Shown piece by piece: positions 1 through 9,901 of a DNA stretch of 64,000 bases. The position numbers and the translations under genes were made by a program. Source of the DNA: Cyclobacteriaceae bacterium (lineage in GTDB: Bacteria > Bacteroidota > Bacteroidia > Cytophagales > Cyclobacteriaceae); contig JBFWZR010000008.1 in the NCBI GenBank assembly GCA_050185175.1, positions 2,659 through 66,658 on the forward strand, in the 5' to 3' direction. Below the pieces are notes generated by a model, which was not told the DNA's origin, did no database searches, and saw only the letters and a program-made list of their open reading frames with translations. The first letter of the stretch is position 1; every line of letters starts with the position of its first letter.

Positions 1-1098
1 GTTTCAGTCAGAAATTCAAGTGAGTTGGTACTTTATGGCAATCACGAAGTTGAACTTGGAAAAAGGTGGTTGCTCAACTACGGTTTGCGACTGTCCACAT
101 GGACAAATGAAGGGGGCTCCTTTGAGTTTGTTTTCGATGAGAATCGAATTCCGGTTGATACACTTTTTTTTCAAAAAGGGGATAAGTACCAACAATATGC
201 GAGAGCTGAACCCAGGTTATCTCTCACGTACAAGCTTAACGAAAACGATGCGCTGAAGGCGGGCGTTTCGCGAAACGTTCAAAATATTCATTTGATATCG
301 AATTCTATCAGCCCATTCACTTCGTTTGAAGTTTGGCTTCCAAGTAGCGTCAATATTCAACCACAAAGTGCATTGCAGTTTGAGCTGGGATACCACAAAG
401 CCATTTTGGAGAAAGGTTTATCCGTTGAGATTGGGAGTTTCTTTAAGCGAATGAAAAACCAGATTGATTATGAAGCGCATGCAGAAACGTTGCTCAATCC
501 GTTGTTTGAACGAGAGTTGCGGTTTGGAAAAGGAATAGCATATGGCGCGGAATTTTCGTTGAGGAAAAATACTGGTAAGCTTCAGGGTCTGCTAGGGTAT
601 ACGTATTCAAGAGCCAAGCGGACGTTTGATGAAATCAACGGAGGTAGAACCTTTAATGCTTTTTACGATCGTCCACATCAAGTTAATGTCGTGGCAAACT
701 ATGATGTAAACCAAAGGTGGACTTTAGGTCTAAACTGGACTTATTATACTGGAGCCCCTTATTCATCTCCCATCAGTTTTTATTTGCATAATGGACTGGA
801 AGTTCCGCTCTATGATCAAAAAAATAATTCGCGGCTACCGGATTACCACAGGTTAGATCTATCGGCAACGCTGCAGCTGAATAAGAATCCTGAAAGTCGT
901 TTTCAGCATGATCTCACGTTTTCAGTGTACAATGCTTACGCCCGGAAGAACGCGCTCTTCATTAACTACAATAAAACCGAAACTGTAGACGGCACATTTA
1001 AAGTTCCATTCAATCAACTGGATGGGCAGCGTGTAACAACTCAGTTTTATCTTTTCCAATTCACCCCCTCATTCACTTATAACTTCAGATGGCGATGA
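1..1098 (+). CDS. TonB-dependent receptor, C-terminal beta-barrel portion (5' end outside window)
   Basis: Frame 1 is open from nt 1, upstream of the ORF-track start at 25. The translation is beta-strand rich with an alternating aromatic pattern and ends ...FTPSFTYNFRWR. It is followed by a DUF4249-type lipoprotein gene, as is usual for this receptor class in Bacteroidota. Confidence 0.75.
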   Translation, partial: VSVRNSSELVLYGNHEVELGKRWLLNYGLRLSTWTNEGGSFEFVFDENRIPVDTLFFQKGDKYQQYARAEPRLSLTYKLNENDALKAGVSRNVQNIHLISNSISPFTSFEVWLPSSVNIQPQSALQFELGYHKAILEKGLSVEIGSFFKRMKNQIDYEAHAETLLNPLFERELRFGKGIAYGAEFSLRKNTGKLQGLLGYTYSRAKRTFDEINGGRTFNAFYDRPHQVNVVANYDVNQRWTLGLNWTYYTGAPYSSPISFYLHNGLEVPLYDQKNNSRLPDYHRLDLSATLQLNKNPESRFQHDLTFSVYNAYARKNALFINYNKTETVDGTFKVPFNQLDGQRVTTQFYLFQFTPSFTYNFRWR

Positions 1099-1904
1099 AG
1101 AAGTTGCTAAAACTATTTTTGCTGATAGTACTTCTGTGCTGCGGATGTGAAGACAGAATTGATCAGCCACTTTCCTCTGTGGAGACGGGATTGATTGTAG
1201 TAGAGGCTCATTTTACCAATGAAAACAAAAATCAATTGGTTAAGCTCACCCAACCTTACCTCGAGCCAAATGGCAGTGCGGTGCCTGTCTCCGGAGCAAC
1301 TGTGGTAGTAGTCGAAGGAGCTGATACATTTTATCCATTAGTGGAAACTCCAGTTGGGTCAGGTGAATACTTCACATCCAATATGATAGCAGTATTTGGT
1401 CGCGTATATACACTCGTTATTCGGTATCAGGGTAGTGAGTTTGTCGCCCAAGCCAGGTCTGTTCCGGTTGAGCCTCTTTCTCCTCTGGCATATGAAAATG
1501 CAGGCAACAATCAGTACAGGCTTACGCTTAACGAATCAGGTTCTGAATCCAATTACATAGAGCATCAATTGTCGTGGGCTAATTCATCCACATGTGGTCC
1601 GGGTGCGAATTGCTCTGGGCTTGTCACCTATTATGATCTCAAAAATGTTGATGTCCAGGATTTATTTAAGCCCGACAAGAAAGATTTTTTATTTCCAGTA
1701 GGTACGCGTGTCATTCGCAGAAAGTATTCTGTGGCTCCGGAATACCGTGATTTTCTTAGGTCGGTTCTTTCAGAGACGGAATGGCGTGGAGGAATCTTTG
1801 ATATTCAACGAGCCAATGCGAGCGGAAATGTGAGTGGGGCCTTGGGCTTTTTTGCCGTTTCTTCAGTGCAGATTGACACTACTTTTATTACTGATAAACC
1901 TTAA
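1089..1904 (+). CDS. DUF4249-like lipoprotein (TonB-receptor-associated)
   Basis: Lipoprotein signal MKKLLKLFLLIVLLCCGC. The segment LIVVEAHFTNENKNQLVKLTQ...VSGATVVVVEG...GEYFTS matches the pattern I associate with DUF4249. It overlaps the receptor stop by 10 nt. Confidence 0.65.
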   Translation: MAMKKLLKLFLLIVLLCCGCEDRIDQPLSSVETGLIVVEAHFTNENKNQLVKLTQPYLEPNGSAVPVSGATVVVVEGADTFYPLVETPVGSGEYFTSNMIAVFGRVYTLVIRYQGSEFVAQARSVPVEPLSPLAYENAGNNQYRLTLNESGSESNYIEHQLSWANSSTCGPGANCSGLVTYYDLKNVDVQDLFKPDKKDFLFPVGTRVIRRKYSVAPEYRDFLRSVLSETEWRGGIFDIQRANASGNVSGALGFFAVSSVQIDTTFITDKP

Positions 1905-2022
1905 AACAGAGCTGAAATCGAGGTTTTGATAAAAATTCACTAGGTCAATAAGGGTCATACTCTTTGCTCGTGTTTTAGAACCAAAGCGAAATACTTTGAT
2001 CGAAAAACAAACCAAGAGAAAA

Positions 2023-3153
2023 ATGAAAAAGTTAACGTCAATAGTCTATTTGTTGGTGACGGCATCTGTGCTGTCAGTGGTCTTCACCGCGTGTGAAGAA
2101 AATCAGGAAGTGCCGGCACAGGAAAATATTTTGCCGGACGAGTTTCGTGTGGATATTCCGTCAGCAATCAGTAGCGCGGTTGTAGCACAAAATGGCAGAC
2201 AGGCTGGGAGAACCAATGAGGATACGCTGGATGGAAATGACATCTATCAAAACCTGGGAACGTTCATCGCCATTGGTGATGGAGCCGCGGAAATTGTAGA
2301 AGACATTATCATCGGACTTAAGAAACACAACATCAATCGCGTAATTTCTTTGAGCTACATCAGTGACGATGACCAAAGAGTGAAAAATCTTAACGTGAGT
2401 TCTGATGTGGAGCTTGATGGAAAGACGTGGGAGTACATGTTGATTGTGACTGATGCTGAATCTGAAGGCAACGATGATGGAGGTAAGGCGATGCAGGTTT
2501 TTTGGAACCACCGCAGACCGTTTGAGGGCATCGCCATCCTAAAGCCTTATAACATTGATCGCAATGGACCCTTCGATGCGGGAGAAGCAATATTCAGAAT
2601 TGATTACACGGAAGTGAGTAATAAAGGATATGATGCTGAGATGGAAGTGCGAATGTCAGGACTACCGTTGGCCAATCCACTTGATGATCCCTATTCAATT
2701 AGCACAATTCACATGTGGGCAGGTAAAAAGGGAGATATCGTAGACGTGACTGGAAATTCGAATCATCCCAACGCGGTGTTTATCTCAGGCGATGTTGGAT
2801 TCAACTGGGCATTTGTGGCATCTGGGTCAGATCCAAAAGAACTTGGTGTAGCAGAAGTTGGATTGCCGCCTAGTAGCCTGAATGAATCTGATCGCAACGT
2901 GTTGCTGAAAGACTATTCAATTGAAGCCGTGTTTACAAATGAGATTAACACCGTGTGGCCAACGCTTGATCCGGTATTGGTCGCAAACTTTTTGGTGAAC
3001 ACACAAGCCCCCGGATATTTCAGTAACAAGATTGGATTTATCGCGGGTGGAGAATCACCTGGCACAGCCTGGGATGTGTATGAGGCAAGATTGGATGATC
3101 TGAGTCCATTTAATCCATCAGAGACAAGCAACCTCGTAGTTTCTTTTCAATAA
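2023..3153 (+). CDS. hypothetical lipoprotein
   Basis: The ATG at 2023 gives MKKLTSIVYLLVTASVLSVVFTAC (lipobox). The ORF-track start at 1996 is a TTG extension. I recognise no family. Confidence 0.55.
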   Translation: MKKLTSIVYLLVTASVLSVVFTACEENQEVPAQENILPDEFRVDIPSAISSAVVAQNGRQAGRTNEDTLDGNDIYQNLGTFIAIGDGAAEIVEDIIIGLKKHNINRVISLSYISDDDQRVKNLNVSSDVELDGKTWEYMLIVTDAESEGNDDGGKAMQVFWNHRRPFEGIAILKPYNIDRNGPFDAGEAIFRIDYTEVSNKGYDAEMEVRMSGLPLANPLDDPYSISTIHMWAGKKGDIVDVTGNSNHPNAVFISGDVGFNWAFVASGSDPKELGVAEVGLPPSSLNESDRNVLLKDYSIEAVFTNEINTVWPTLDPVLVANFLVNTQAPGYFSNKIGFIAGGESPGTAWDVYEARLDDLSPFNPSETSNLVVSFQ

Positions 3154-3173
3154 GGTTCATAAAGTTGGTTGCG

Positions 3174-3209
3174 AAAAAAGCTCCGCATTTGCGGGGCTTT
3201 ATTTTTTTT
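3174..3209. terminator. bidirectional rho-independent terminator between convergent genes
   Basis: The sequence is aaaaaaGCTCCGCatttGCGGGGCtttatttttttt. A GC-rich hairpin is flanked by an A-run and a T-run, and sits between the stops at 3153 (+) and 3216 (-). Confidence 0.65.
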
Positions 3210-3215
3210 ATCGAT

Positions 3216-4553
3216 TTAGAAGGCCTGAATCAGGATTATTAGAATAAGAATAGGTGAGACATAACGTACAAACAACGGCCAGATTTTCATAAAAAAGGAA
3301 TCTTCAATTTCTGGATTACCTTGTTTCAATTCTTCAATGAGCGTGTTACGACTCATCACCCATCCGACAAAAATACAGATGAACAATCCGAGCAATGGTT
3401 GAATATATTGAGTGGTCATCGTCACAACTAAATCGAATAGAAGGCCGAAGTTGAGAGCGATAATCATGCTCACTACCCAAAAGAATACACCAATCACAAT
3501 ACTTGCTTTCGACCTGGCAATATTTCTATTGTCAACAGCGTAGGCAACCGGTACCTCCAACATTGAAATAGTAGAAGTAAGCGCTGCAATAATCATCAAA
3601 AAGAAAAACACAATTGACAATATAACACCGATGGATCCCATGGAATTGAATAATGCTGGCAACACTTGAAAGATCAAATTGGGGCCTGAGATTAGGTTGC
3701 CCGCTTCGTCAAAAATTTGAGTGCCTGATGCCGATGCTGCATACATGGCTGGAATGATTAACAAACCTGCGAGAAAAGCGATGCCCACATCACTCAGTGT
3801 AACTAATCTGCCAAGCTTCACCAGGTTTTCCTTTTTGCTGGTGTAGGAGGCAAGTACTAACATGCTGCCAACACCAAGAGACAGAGAGAAGAAAGCTTGG
3901 CCCAATGCGCTTGTGAAAAGACCTGCGCTCAACACTTTGCTGAAATCCGGCAGCAAGTAAACTTTCAATCCCTCCATCGCTCCGTCAAGTGTAAGTACAT
4001 AGATGACAAGCAACACAAGAATAAGTAGAAGAGTGGGCATCAATCGCGATGACCATTTTTCAATTCCATTCTTTACTCCGGCTGCAACTATTAAAATGGT
4101 AAGGAAGAAAAAGAGTGAGGCAAATAACATATTGGCACCAACGCCTTGCGAGATAACCCAGGCTGCCGCACCATCAGCCCCAACCAAACTCAGGAATGGT
4201 GAGATGAAATAAGCCACCATCGTTCCTGCAATGATGGAATAAAAACTGAGGATAAGCCCGACAGTAAACAATCCGAGAAAACCTACAGGTACAAACCGAC
4301 TGCCGCCCTTAATACTTTTGTACGCGCCAACAGGATTTGATTGAGAGTGTCTCCCTATCGTAAACTCTGCCAGAAGGATTGGATATCCCACCAGGAACGC
4401 CATGATCAGGTAGAGTATTACAAAAGCTGCGCCTCCATTTTGTGCAGTTTGTGTTGGGAAGCCCCAGATGTTGCCCAGCCCGATAGCCGAACCGGCTGCC
4501 GCCATGATAAAACCAAAAGATGACGAAAATTCACCACGCGAAGAACCACTCAT
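3216..4553 (-). CDS. sodium-dependent transporter, neurotransmitter:sodium symporter (NSS/SNF) family
   Basis: The N-terminal AAAGSAIGLGNIWGFP motif is typical of NSS transporters. The 445-aa product has about 11-12 hydrophobic segments. Confidence 0.85.
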   Translation of the reverse strand: MSGSSRGEFSSSFGFIMAAAGSAIGLGNIWGFPTQTAQNGGAAFVILYLIMAFLVGYPILLAEFTIGRHSQSNPVGAYKSIKGGSRFVPVGFLGLFTVGLILSFYSIIAGTMVAYFISPFLSLVGADGAAAWVISQGVGANMLFASLFFFLTILIVAAGVKNGIEKWSSRLMPTLLLILVLLVIYVLTLDGAMEGLKVYLLPDFSKVLSAGLFTSALGQAFFSLSLGVGSMLVLASYTSKKENLVKLGRLVTLSDVGIAFLAGLLIIPAMYAASASGTQIFDEAGNLISGPNLIFQVLPALFNSMGSIGVILSIVFFFLMIIAALTSTISMLEVPVAYAVDNRNIARSKASIVIGVFFWVVSMIIALNFGLLFDLVVTMTTQYIQPLLGLFICIFVGWVMSRNTLIEELKQGNPEIEDSFFMKIWPLFVRYVSPILILIILIQAF

Positions 4554-4694
4554 AGTTTGGAAGGGTTATTTGAATCTTAACGTAAAGATTGTAGATCAAT
4601 AATCTTAAAGTGCTAAAACTATCAAATTAAATGACCAAAAGCGAAACGGGGATTGTTCGGCTTATCTTTTTATATTGTCCAACAAACCCTGAAG

Positions 4695-5504
4695 ATGGTC
4701 AATTTTATTATTCGCGTGTTTAAACGCTACCCTTGGTTTAAACGCCTCAACGCAAAGGTGACATACGAACTACTTGCAAAAAAAATTCCTGCAGAAGAGT
4801 GGCAGTTCATGAACTACGGCTACGTGCCAAATGCGAATGAAAAACCATTTGACATTCCCTTAGGTCCGGAAGTGCAACGGTATTCGCTGCAGATGTATCA
4901 CTATCTGGCTTTGAAAACTGACGTTCAGGGAAAGGATGTTTTGGAGGTTGGAAGCGGCAGGGGTGGTGGAGCTAAGCACGTGGCGAGTGCTTTGCAACCT
5001 GCCAGTTATATTGGTATGGATCTCGCGCAAAGTGCGGTAGACCTTGCAAAGAAACTTCACAAGGTTCCGAATCTTAGTTTTATTCAAGGTAGTGCTGAGT
5101 CCATTCCACTGCCCGACAATTCAATAGATGTTGTATTAAATGTTGAATCATGTCACGCCTATGGTTCCGTTGATAAATTTTTAAGTGAAGTAAAGAGGGT
5201 GTTGAAGCCTGGAGGATATCTATTGCTGGTCGATTTCAGAAGCGTAGAGAATATGGACTTACTGAAATCACAACTTGCGAACAGTGGACTTGAGTTACTG
5301 GAGGAAGAGAACATTAGCCAGAACGTGATCAACGCAATGGAAGAAGAGGATGACACCAAGCAGGCGCGTATTAAACGTTTGGTTCCGACTAAATGGCAAA
5401 AACTATTTGCGGATTTTGCTGGAGTGGTTGGTTCTAAACTGCACACCAACCTCAAGAACGGAACGCGGTTGTACTATCGCTTTGTTCTAAGAAAGAAATC
5501 CTGA
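4695..5504 (+). CDS. class I SAM-dependent methyltransferase
   Basis: Motif I is VLEVGSGRGGGA, with a downstream VLKPGGYLLLVD. I chose the ATG at 4695; the ORF-track start at 4653 is TTG. Confidence 0.8.
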   Translation: MVNFIIRVFKRYPWFKRLNAKVTYELLAKKIPAEEWQFMNYGYVPNANEKPFDIPLGPEVQRYSLQMYHYLALKTDVQGKDVLEVGSGRGGGAKHVASALQPASYIGMDLAQSAVDLAKKLHKVPNLSFIQGSAESIPLPDNSIDVVLNVESCHAYGSVDKFLSEVKRVLKPGGYLLLVDFRSVENMDLLKSQLANSGLELLEEENISQNVINAMEEEDDTKQARIKRLVPTKWQKLFADFAGVVGSKLHTNLKNGTRLYYRFVLRKKS

Positions 5505-5511
5505 TCTGGCT

Positions 5512-7110
5512 TTATGTCACTTCAAACGCGTCACTTGTGGCGCGTTTCATATAGGACTCATAATCAAACGGCACATCTCCACCGTCTAGCAGACAACCGT
5601 CTGGAATAGTTGGATATATTTCTTCGTAGGTTTTTACCAGGTTCATAAATACTCTTCTATACACGTGTGTGCGATTGAGTTTTCGGGGATGATCCAACCC
5701 ACATGCGCCTAACAGTTCAACGAAACTCTCAACAGTATTTTTGTGAAAATTAGCTACACGTACTTTTTTATCATCCACCACGAGGCCTTTCATCAGCGAT
5801 TTGTTTTGTGTGGCCACTCCTGCCGGACAGTCATTGGCATTGCAACGCAGTGCCTGTATGCAACCCGCTGCCATCATCATGGCTCTTGCGCTGTTACACA
5901 AGTCAGCGCCTAATGCCATCGCTCTTATCATATGGAAGCCAGTGAGAATTTTCCCCCCCACTATTAGTCTCATCTGGTTTCTAATACCAAATCCTCTCAA
6001 CGCATTGTCGACAAACGCGAGCGCATCAAGCAAGGGCATTCCCACAAAGTTTGAAAACTCGGGCGGTGCAGCTCCAGTACCTCCTTCACCTCCATCGACT
6101 GTAATAAAATCGGGATAGCTATTGAGTTTCACCATCGCCTTGCAAATGGACAGGAATTCACTCTTGCGTCCGATGCAAAGTTTGAAGCCAACCGGTTTGC
6201 CTCCGGATAGTTCGCGCAATTGCTCAACAAATTTTATTAGCCCTTCCGGATTAAAGAATGCGCTATGAAAAGGTGGTGAAAATACTGTGACACCTGGTTT
6301 TACCAAACGAATAGCTGCAATCTCTGGTGTGTTCTTTTTTCCTGGCAGGATTCCACCATGACCAGGCTTTGCTCCTTGAGAGAGTTTCACCTCAATCATT
6401 TTCACATTCTCCTGTGTAGCATTTTTCTTGAACGCCTCAGCATTAAACCGGCCTTCTTCATCGCGAGCTCCAAAGTAACCAGTACCAATCTGCCAGATCA
6501 GATCTCCACCATGTTTTAGATGGTACGTACTTATTCCGCCCTCACCCGTATTGTGCGCAAATCCACCGAGCTTTGCTCCCCAGTTCAGTGCTTCAATTGC
6601 GTTGCTACTCAACGAGCCAAAACTCATAGCCGAAATATTCAGTACACTGGCATCATACGGTTGTTTGCAACGACCTTCACCAACCCTCACGCGTGGACTA
6701 TGATTCATGGTATGAAAATCCATTGGTGAGATAGAGTGAGTAATCCATTCGTATCCTTCAGCGTAGGTATTCAACTGCGTTCCGAAAGGAGTGGTGTCAA
6801 TTTGTTTCTTTGCGCGCTGATAGATGACAGAGCGATCGTTACGATTGATCGGTGCGCCATCCGTGTCTGATTCAATGAAGTATTGTTGAATCTCAGGTCT
6901 GATCATCTCAAAGAAGTATCGAAGGCGACCGATGACAGGGAAATTTCTTTTGATAGACTGTCGCTTTTGAAGCATGTCACTGATCCCCATATAAATAAGG
7001 GGAGCTACAATAACGAAAAGCAGCAATACATCGATCCAGAAGTAAGACCAAACCAGGATGATTGATGAAATAATGATTGAGCTAAGGATGAAGATTCTTC
7101 GTACGTTCAT
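5512..7110 (-). CDS. FMN-binding glutamate synthase family protein (GltB domain-2-like, membrane anchored)
   Basis: KLSQGAKPGHGGILPG and DGGEGGTGAAP motifs are characteristic of the glutamate synthase FMN domain. The N-terminus has hydrophobic segments. Confidence 0.8.
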   Translation of the reverse strand: MNVRRIFILSSIIISSIILVWSYFWIDVLLLFVIVAPLIYMGISDMLQKRQSIKRNFPVIGRLRYFFEMIRPEIQQYFIESDTDGAPINRNDRSVIYQRAKKQIDTTPFGTQLNTYAEGYEWITHSISPMDFHTMNHSPRVRVGEGRCKQPYDASVLNISAMSFGSLSSNAIEALNWGAKLGGFAHNTGEGGISTYHLKHGGDLIWQIGTGYFGARDEEGRFNAEAFKKNATQENVKMIEVKLSQGAKPGHGGILPGKKNTPEIAAIRLVKPGVTVFSPPFHSAFFNPEGLIKFVEQLRELSGGKPVGFKLCIGRKSEFLSICKAMVKLNSYPDFITVDGGEGGTGAAPPEFSNFVGMPLLDALAFVDNALRGFGIRNQMRLIVGGKILTGFHMIRAMALGADLCNSARAMMMAAGCIQALRCNANDCPAGVATQNKSLMKGLVVDDKKVRVANFHKNTVESFVELLGACGLDHPRKLNRTHVYRRVFMNLVKTYEEIYPTIPDGCLLDGGDVPFDYESYMKRATSDAFEVT

Positions 7111-7196
7111 AGGGTAGCTTAGACAGGTGGTAGAACAAATATAATAATTCTGAAAAGGGCTATCACAAGCCTTTTATAGAATAAAAAATTGTCTTG

Positions 7197-7700
7197 TCAG
7201 GCTACATTCATCTCCACAATTCCCCGGCTTTTGTGGATTTTCAATTCAAAGAATTGCGTGATAAATGAGTTCATCCGATTCTCTGCCAGATGTGCCTTTC
7301 TATTGGTTGGAAGAAACACCGTCAGATCCATTACAGCAAGCAGGAAGTTGCGTTGCTGGCAAAAGTTGGTCGTCCAGGTATGAAAGGTGTCGGTCCAGTC
7401 TTCTTTGTATTTCGCTTGATGGTCGGTGCCATCCCAAATGAATTCAAGCTGGTTGTCTCCGTGTTTGAAGCGATAGACCGCAGCCATGTTTTGGTAGAAA
7501 CCGTATAGTTGCTTGACATGTCTAGGCTTGTACTTCGCTACTTTCAGACTGTGATCATCCATCAAGCCCAAGGGATTATGAAGAATGAGATAAGCCGATT
7601 TGACTTTTTCTACCAGTTCATAAAGGAGATGATCTTGCGATGAAAGCTGCGCTTCTTCGAGAAGGTAGTTCTTGTCCAGAGGAAAAAATTTGCGGATCAC
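7197..7700 (-). CDS. hypothetical cytoplasmic protein (167 aa)
   Basis: This is an intact ORF with a GTG start and no signal peptide. It lies 53 nt downstream of the Omp85-like gene on the same strand. I recognise no family. Confidence 0.45.
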   Translation of the reverse strand: MIRKFFPLDKNYLLEEAQLSSQDHLLYELVEKVKSAYLILHNPLGLMDDHSLKVAKYKPRHVKQLYGFYQNMAAVYRFKHGDNQLEFIWDGTDHQAKYKEDWTDTFHTWTTNFCQQRNFLLAVMDLTVFLPTNRKAHLAENRMNSFITQFFELKIHKSRGIVEMNVA

Positions 7701-7753
7701 GCTGGAACGAGGTTTTACAAAATTAAGAAAAACTTTGAAAATCAGGTTGTTGG

Positions 7754-9580
7754 CTAGTTGAAAAAGGTGTCTGGCGGCTTGACCAGTGTTGTCGGGTATT
7801 TGATGCGAAGGCTTGCCGTAACATTAATCCTAAAATGATTCAGGTCTTCCACCACCACCGGATAGAAATAACCCCTCACCTCCACGGTATTGAAAATCAG
7901 GTTTTCATTGCGGGTGCGCAGCCCTACCGAGTAGCCTTGAAACAAACGTCCTTCCAACACAGATTGATTTCGTTGAGACAATAGGGCGAAATCTATTTGG
8001 GGGACGACTGCAAAATTGAATCCGAGGAGTTTCCAATTGGTAAACACCAGGGCTTGAAACCTGGCTCGTAATCTGGCGTCACCTGCGAGGCTATCTGCCA
8101 CAAATCCTTGCACGCCTCGTTCATTGTTGATATCAAAAGGCAGCTTGATGCTTCGATTAAAATATTTGCTGTATCCGACTTCCGAGAAATGCCTGACCTT
8201 ATACTTGCTCCTGTCATACACCTTGCTGAAGTATGAAAACGTAATATTCGTGATCATATCCTCTCCTTTCGAGAATCGGAAGTAGCCTCCAACCTGAGTA
8301 TCTAGTGTGATGATATTGCCACCGTGTGTGATCGACTTTTGAAGTTCGCCACCCCAATAAGGCCGAGTAACACCAAACTGCTTCTCCCAACCCGCAGTGA
8401 ATGAGGCTGAGTATCCGTAGGGCACGTCTTCCGTCCGTCCGAAGCCGAAAACATATTTTGTCGTGTAAAAATTTTGTTTGAAAAGTGTGAATTGACCAAG
8501 AACAAGAAGGCGATTACTGTAGAGTAAATTTTCGCGAGCGTTTAGTTCGATGTCTGGCAGAGAAATGAAATGTTGATCCAGTACACGAGCCGCCAAAAAC
8601 CGCCTGTGTCGATTTTCTCTACCCAATCTTGTAGCACGAGTTTCCCCGAAGGTAAATCCACCCCAGTAATCTTGCACGCTGTAAGCATAGCGCGCGAATG
8701 CTGAATCAGGCTTTACGAAAACATTCCGCGACCAATTGCGACTAAATTCAATACCTCCTGCCCACTTTGCGTAAGGCATGAATAATGGGCGATCTAAACG
8801 CAGGTAGACGGCACTCTCATTTTCATTGCCTACACCTCGTCCGTTGTCAATGTCGGTATAACCGACAGTACCGGAGACAAAGGTACCGTTGATCGAATTT
8901 TGACTCAGTGCGTATGAGGATCCAATTTGCGGTCTTCTATCCGAATCATATACACCCGTGTAGGCGAAGCGCAATCCCTGCCCCGCGATGTTTGCGTTTT
9001 GAAAAATCCAGTTGGCCCGCGTAGGGCTCGATGGATCCAACGAAACACCGTAGCTAAAGACGTCCCTCGTCATGACCAGCAAGTCGACCGAGTCAGCATC
9101 TTCATCGAAAGGCACAACGAGTATTCGAGAGTCTTTGATGAAGTTGAGATCGCGAAGATACCGTTCATTGTCAGCAAGGCGATAAGGGTTTAATCGTTCT
9201 CCTTCATGTATAAAGAGGTTGTCCCTTATAGCATGCGCGCGAGTGTCGGTATGAATCGCCTCTCCAATCTGGACCAATTTGTTTCGAAAGAATTTGCTAG
9301 TGTCCTGTATTACTTTGTTGAAGTGGATGGTCTGAATCTGAATCTTGCGGATGACCTTCCCCTCATATGGAATAAATGCATCCTCACTTTTGAAATTGAA
9401 AACGGTATCTGCCTCAGGTTTTCGAACTATGGACTCGATGGCTCTGTCAGCGAGGTTGTTGTGTTTAATTTTATCGAGGATGCCATTGTTGCCGGCTGAG
9501 TCCGCTTTTTGAGCTACCGCCACATATACTGCACTTAAAAAAACCCACAGGAGAACAAGAAATCGCGCCACTGGGGTCAA
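7754..9580 (-). CDS. Omp85/BamA-family outer membrane protein (single POTRA-like region plus beta-barrel)
   Basis: It has a signal peptide (...AVYVAVAQ). A POTRA-like segment reads GKVIRKIQIQ...NLFIHEGERLNPYRLADNERYLRDLNFIKDSRILVVP...VDLLVMTRD. A long beta-strand-rich C-terminal region follows. The start is TTG or GTG. Confidence 0.55.
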   Translation of the reverse strand: MTPVARFLVLLWVFLSAVYVAVAQKADSAGNNGILDKIKHNNLADRAIESIVRKPEADTVFNFKSEDAFIPYEGKVIRKIQIQTIHFNKVIQDTSKFFRNKLVQIGEAIHTDTRAHAIRDNLFIHEGERLNPYRLADNERYLRDLNFIKDSRILVVPFDEDADSVDLLVMTRDVFSYGVSLDPSSPTRANWIFQNANIAGQGLRFAYTGVYDSDRRPQIGSSYALSQNSINGTFVSGTVGYTDIDNGRGVGNENESAVYLRLDRPLFMPYAKWAGGIEFSRNWSRNVFVKPDSAFARYAYSVQDYWGGFTFGETRATRLGRENRHRRFLAARVLDQHFISLPDIELNARENLLYSNRLLVLGQFTLFKQNFYTTKYVFGFGRTEDVPYGYSASFTAGWEKQFGVTRPYWGGELQKSITHGGNIITLDTQVGGYFRFSKGEDMITNITFSYFSKVYDRSKYKVRHFSEVGYSKYFNRSIKLPFDINNERGVQGFVADSLAGDARLRARFQALVFTNWKLLGFNFAVVPQIDFALLSQRNQSVLEGRLFQGYSVGLRTRNENLIFNTVEVRGYFYPVVVEDLNHFRINVTASLRIKYPTTLVKPPDTFFN

Positions 9581-9856
9581 AGTTAAGCACTGAACTTAAT
9601 TGACGCCACATCGCGGACGTGGCTATGAAAAAGGGCATGAGTTTCATCATTAGTAAAAATCAGTTAACCACTGCAGGTCATTTTTATCGAATTGTTAACC
9701 AGGATAAGTAGGGTGTATTCAAAATAGGGTTTTTAAAACGCCAGGTTATCAAATCTTTAAAGCCATGGGCGGATAATTATAAAATCCATAAACACAGTTT
9801 CGGCTACCCCTTTTCAATGGAGGATATTTTTGCGATGACTAAAAATCATATGAAAT

Positions 9857-9901
9857 GGAGCGGCCTTTATATCAACTGTTTTCGATCTGCGAGGTCGCTC
9901 C
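9857..9901 (+). promoter_or_regulatory. 5' leader hairpin upstream of the TonB-dependent receptor gene
   Basis: GGAGCGGCC (9857-9865) pairs with GGTCGCTCC (9893-9901), giving 9 bp with one G-U and a 27-nt loop. It ends 29 nt before the ATG at 9930. A TAnnTTTG-like -7 box (TATTTTTG) lies at 9825-9832. Confidence 0.3.

Noticed and set aside
7153-7175. A hairpin, AAAAGG-N11-CCTTTT, between the 167-aa ORF and the glutamate-synthase-like gene. It could be a terminator.
   Set aside because: The stem is only 6 bp and mostly A-T, and no clear U-tract follows on the minus strand. That is insufficient to annotate.
9625-9711. A 28-codon ORF (MKKGMSFIISKNQLTTAGHFYRIVNQDK) in the leader upstream of the TonB receptor.
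   Set aside because: It has no hydrophobic or Cys-rich pattern and no obvious coupling to the downstream gene. It is indistinguishable from chance in AT-rich intergenic DNA.
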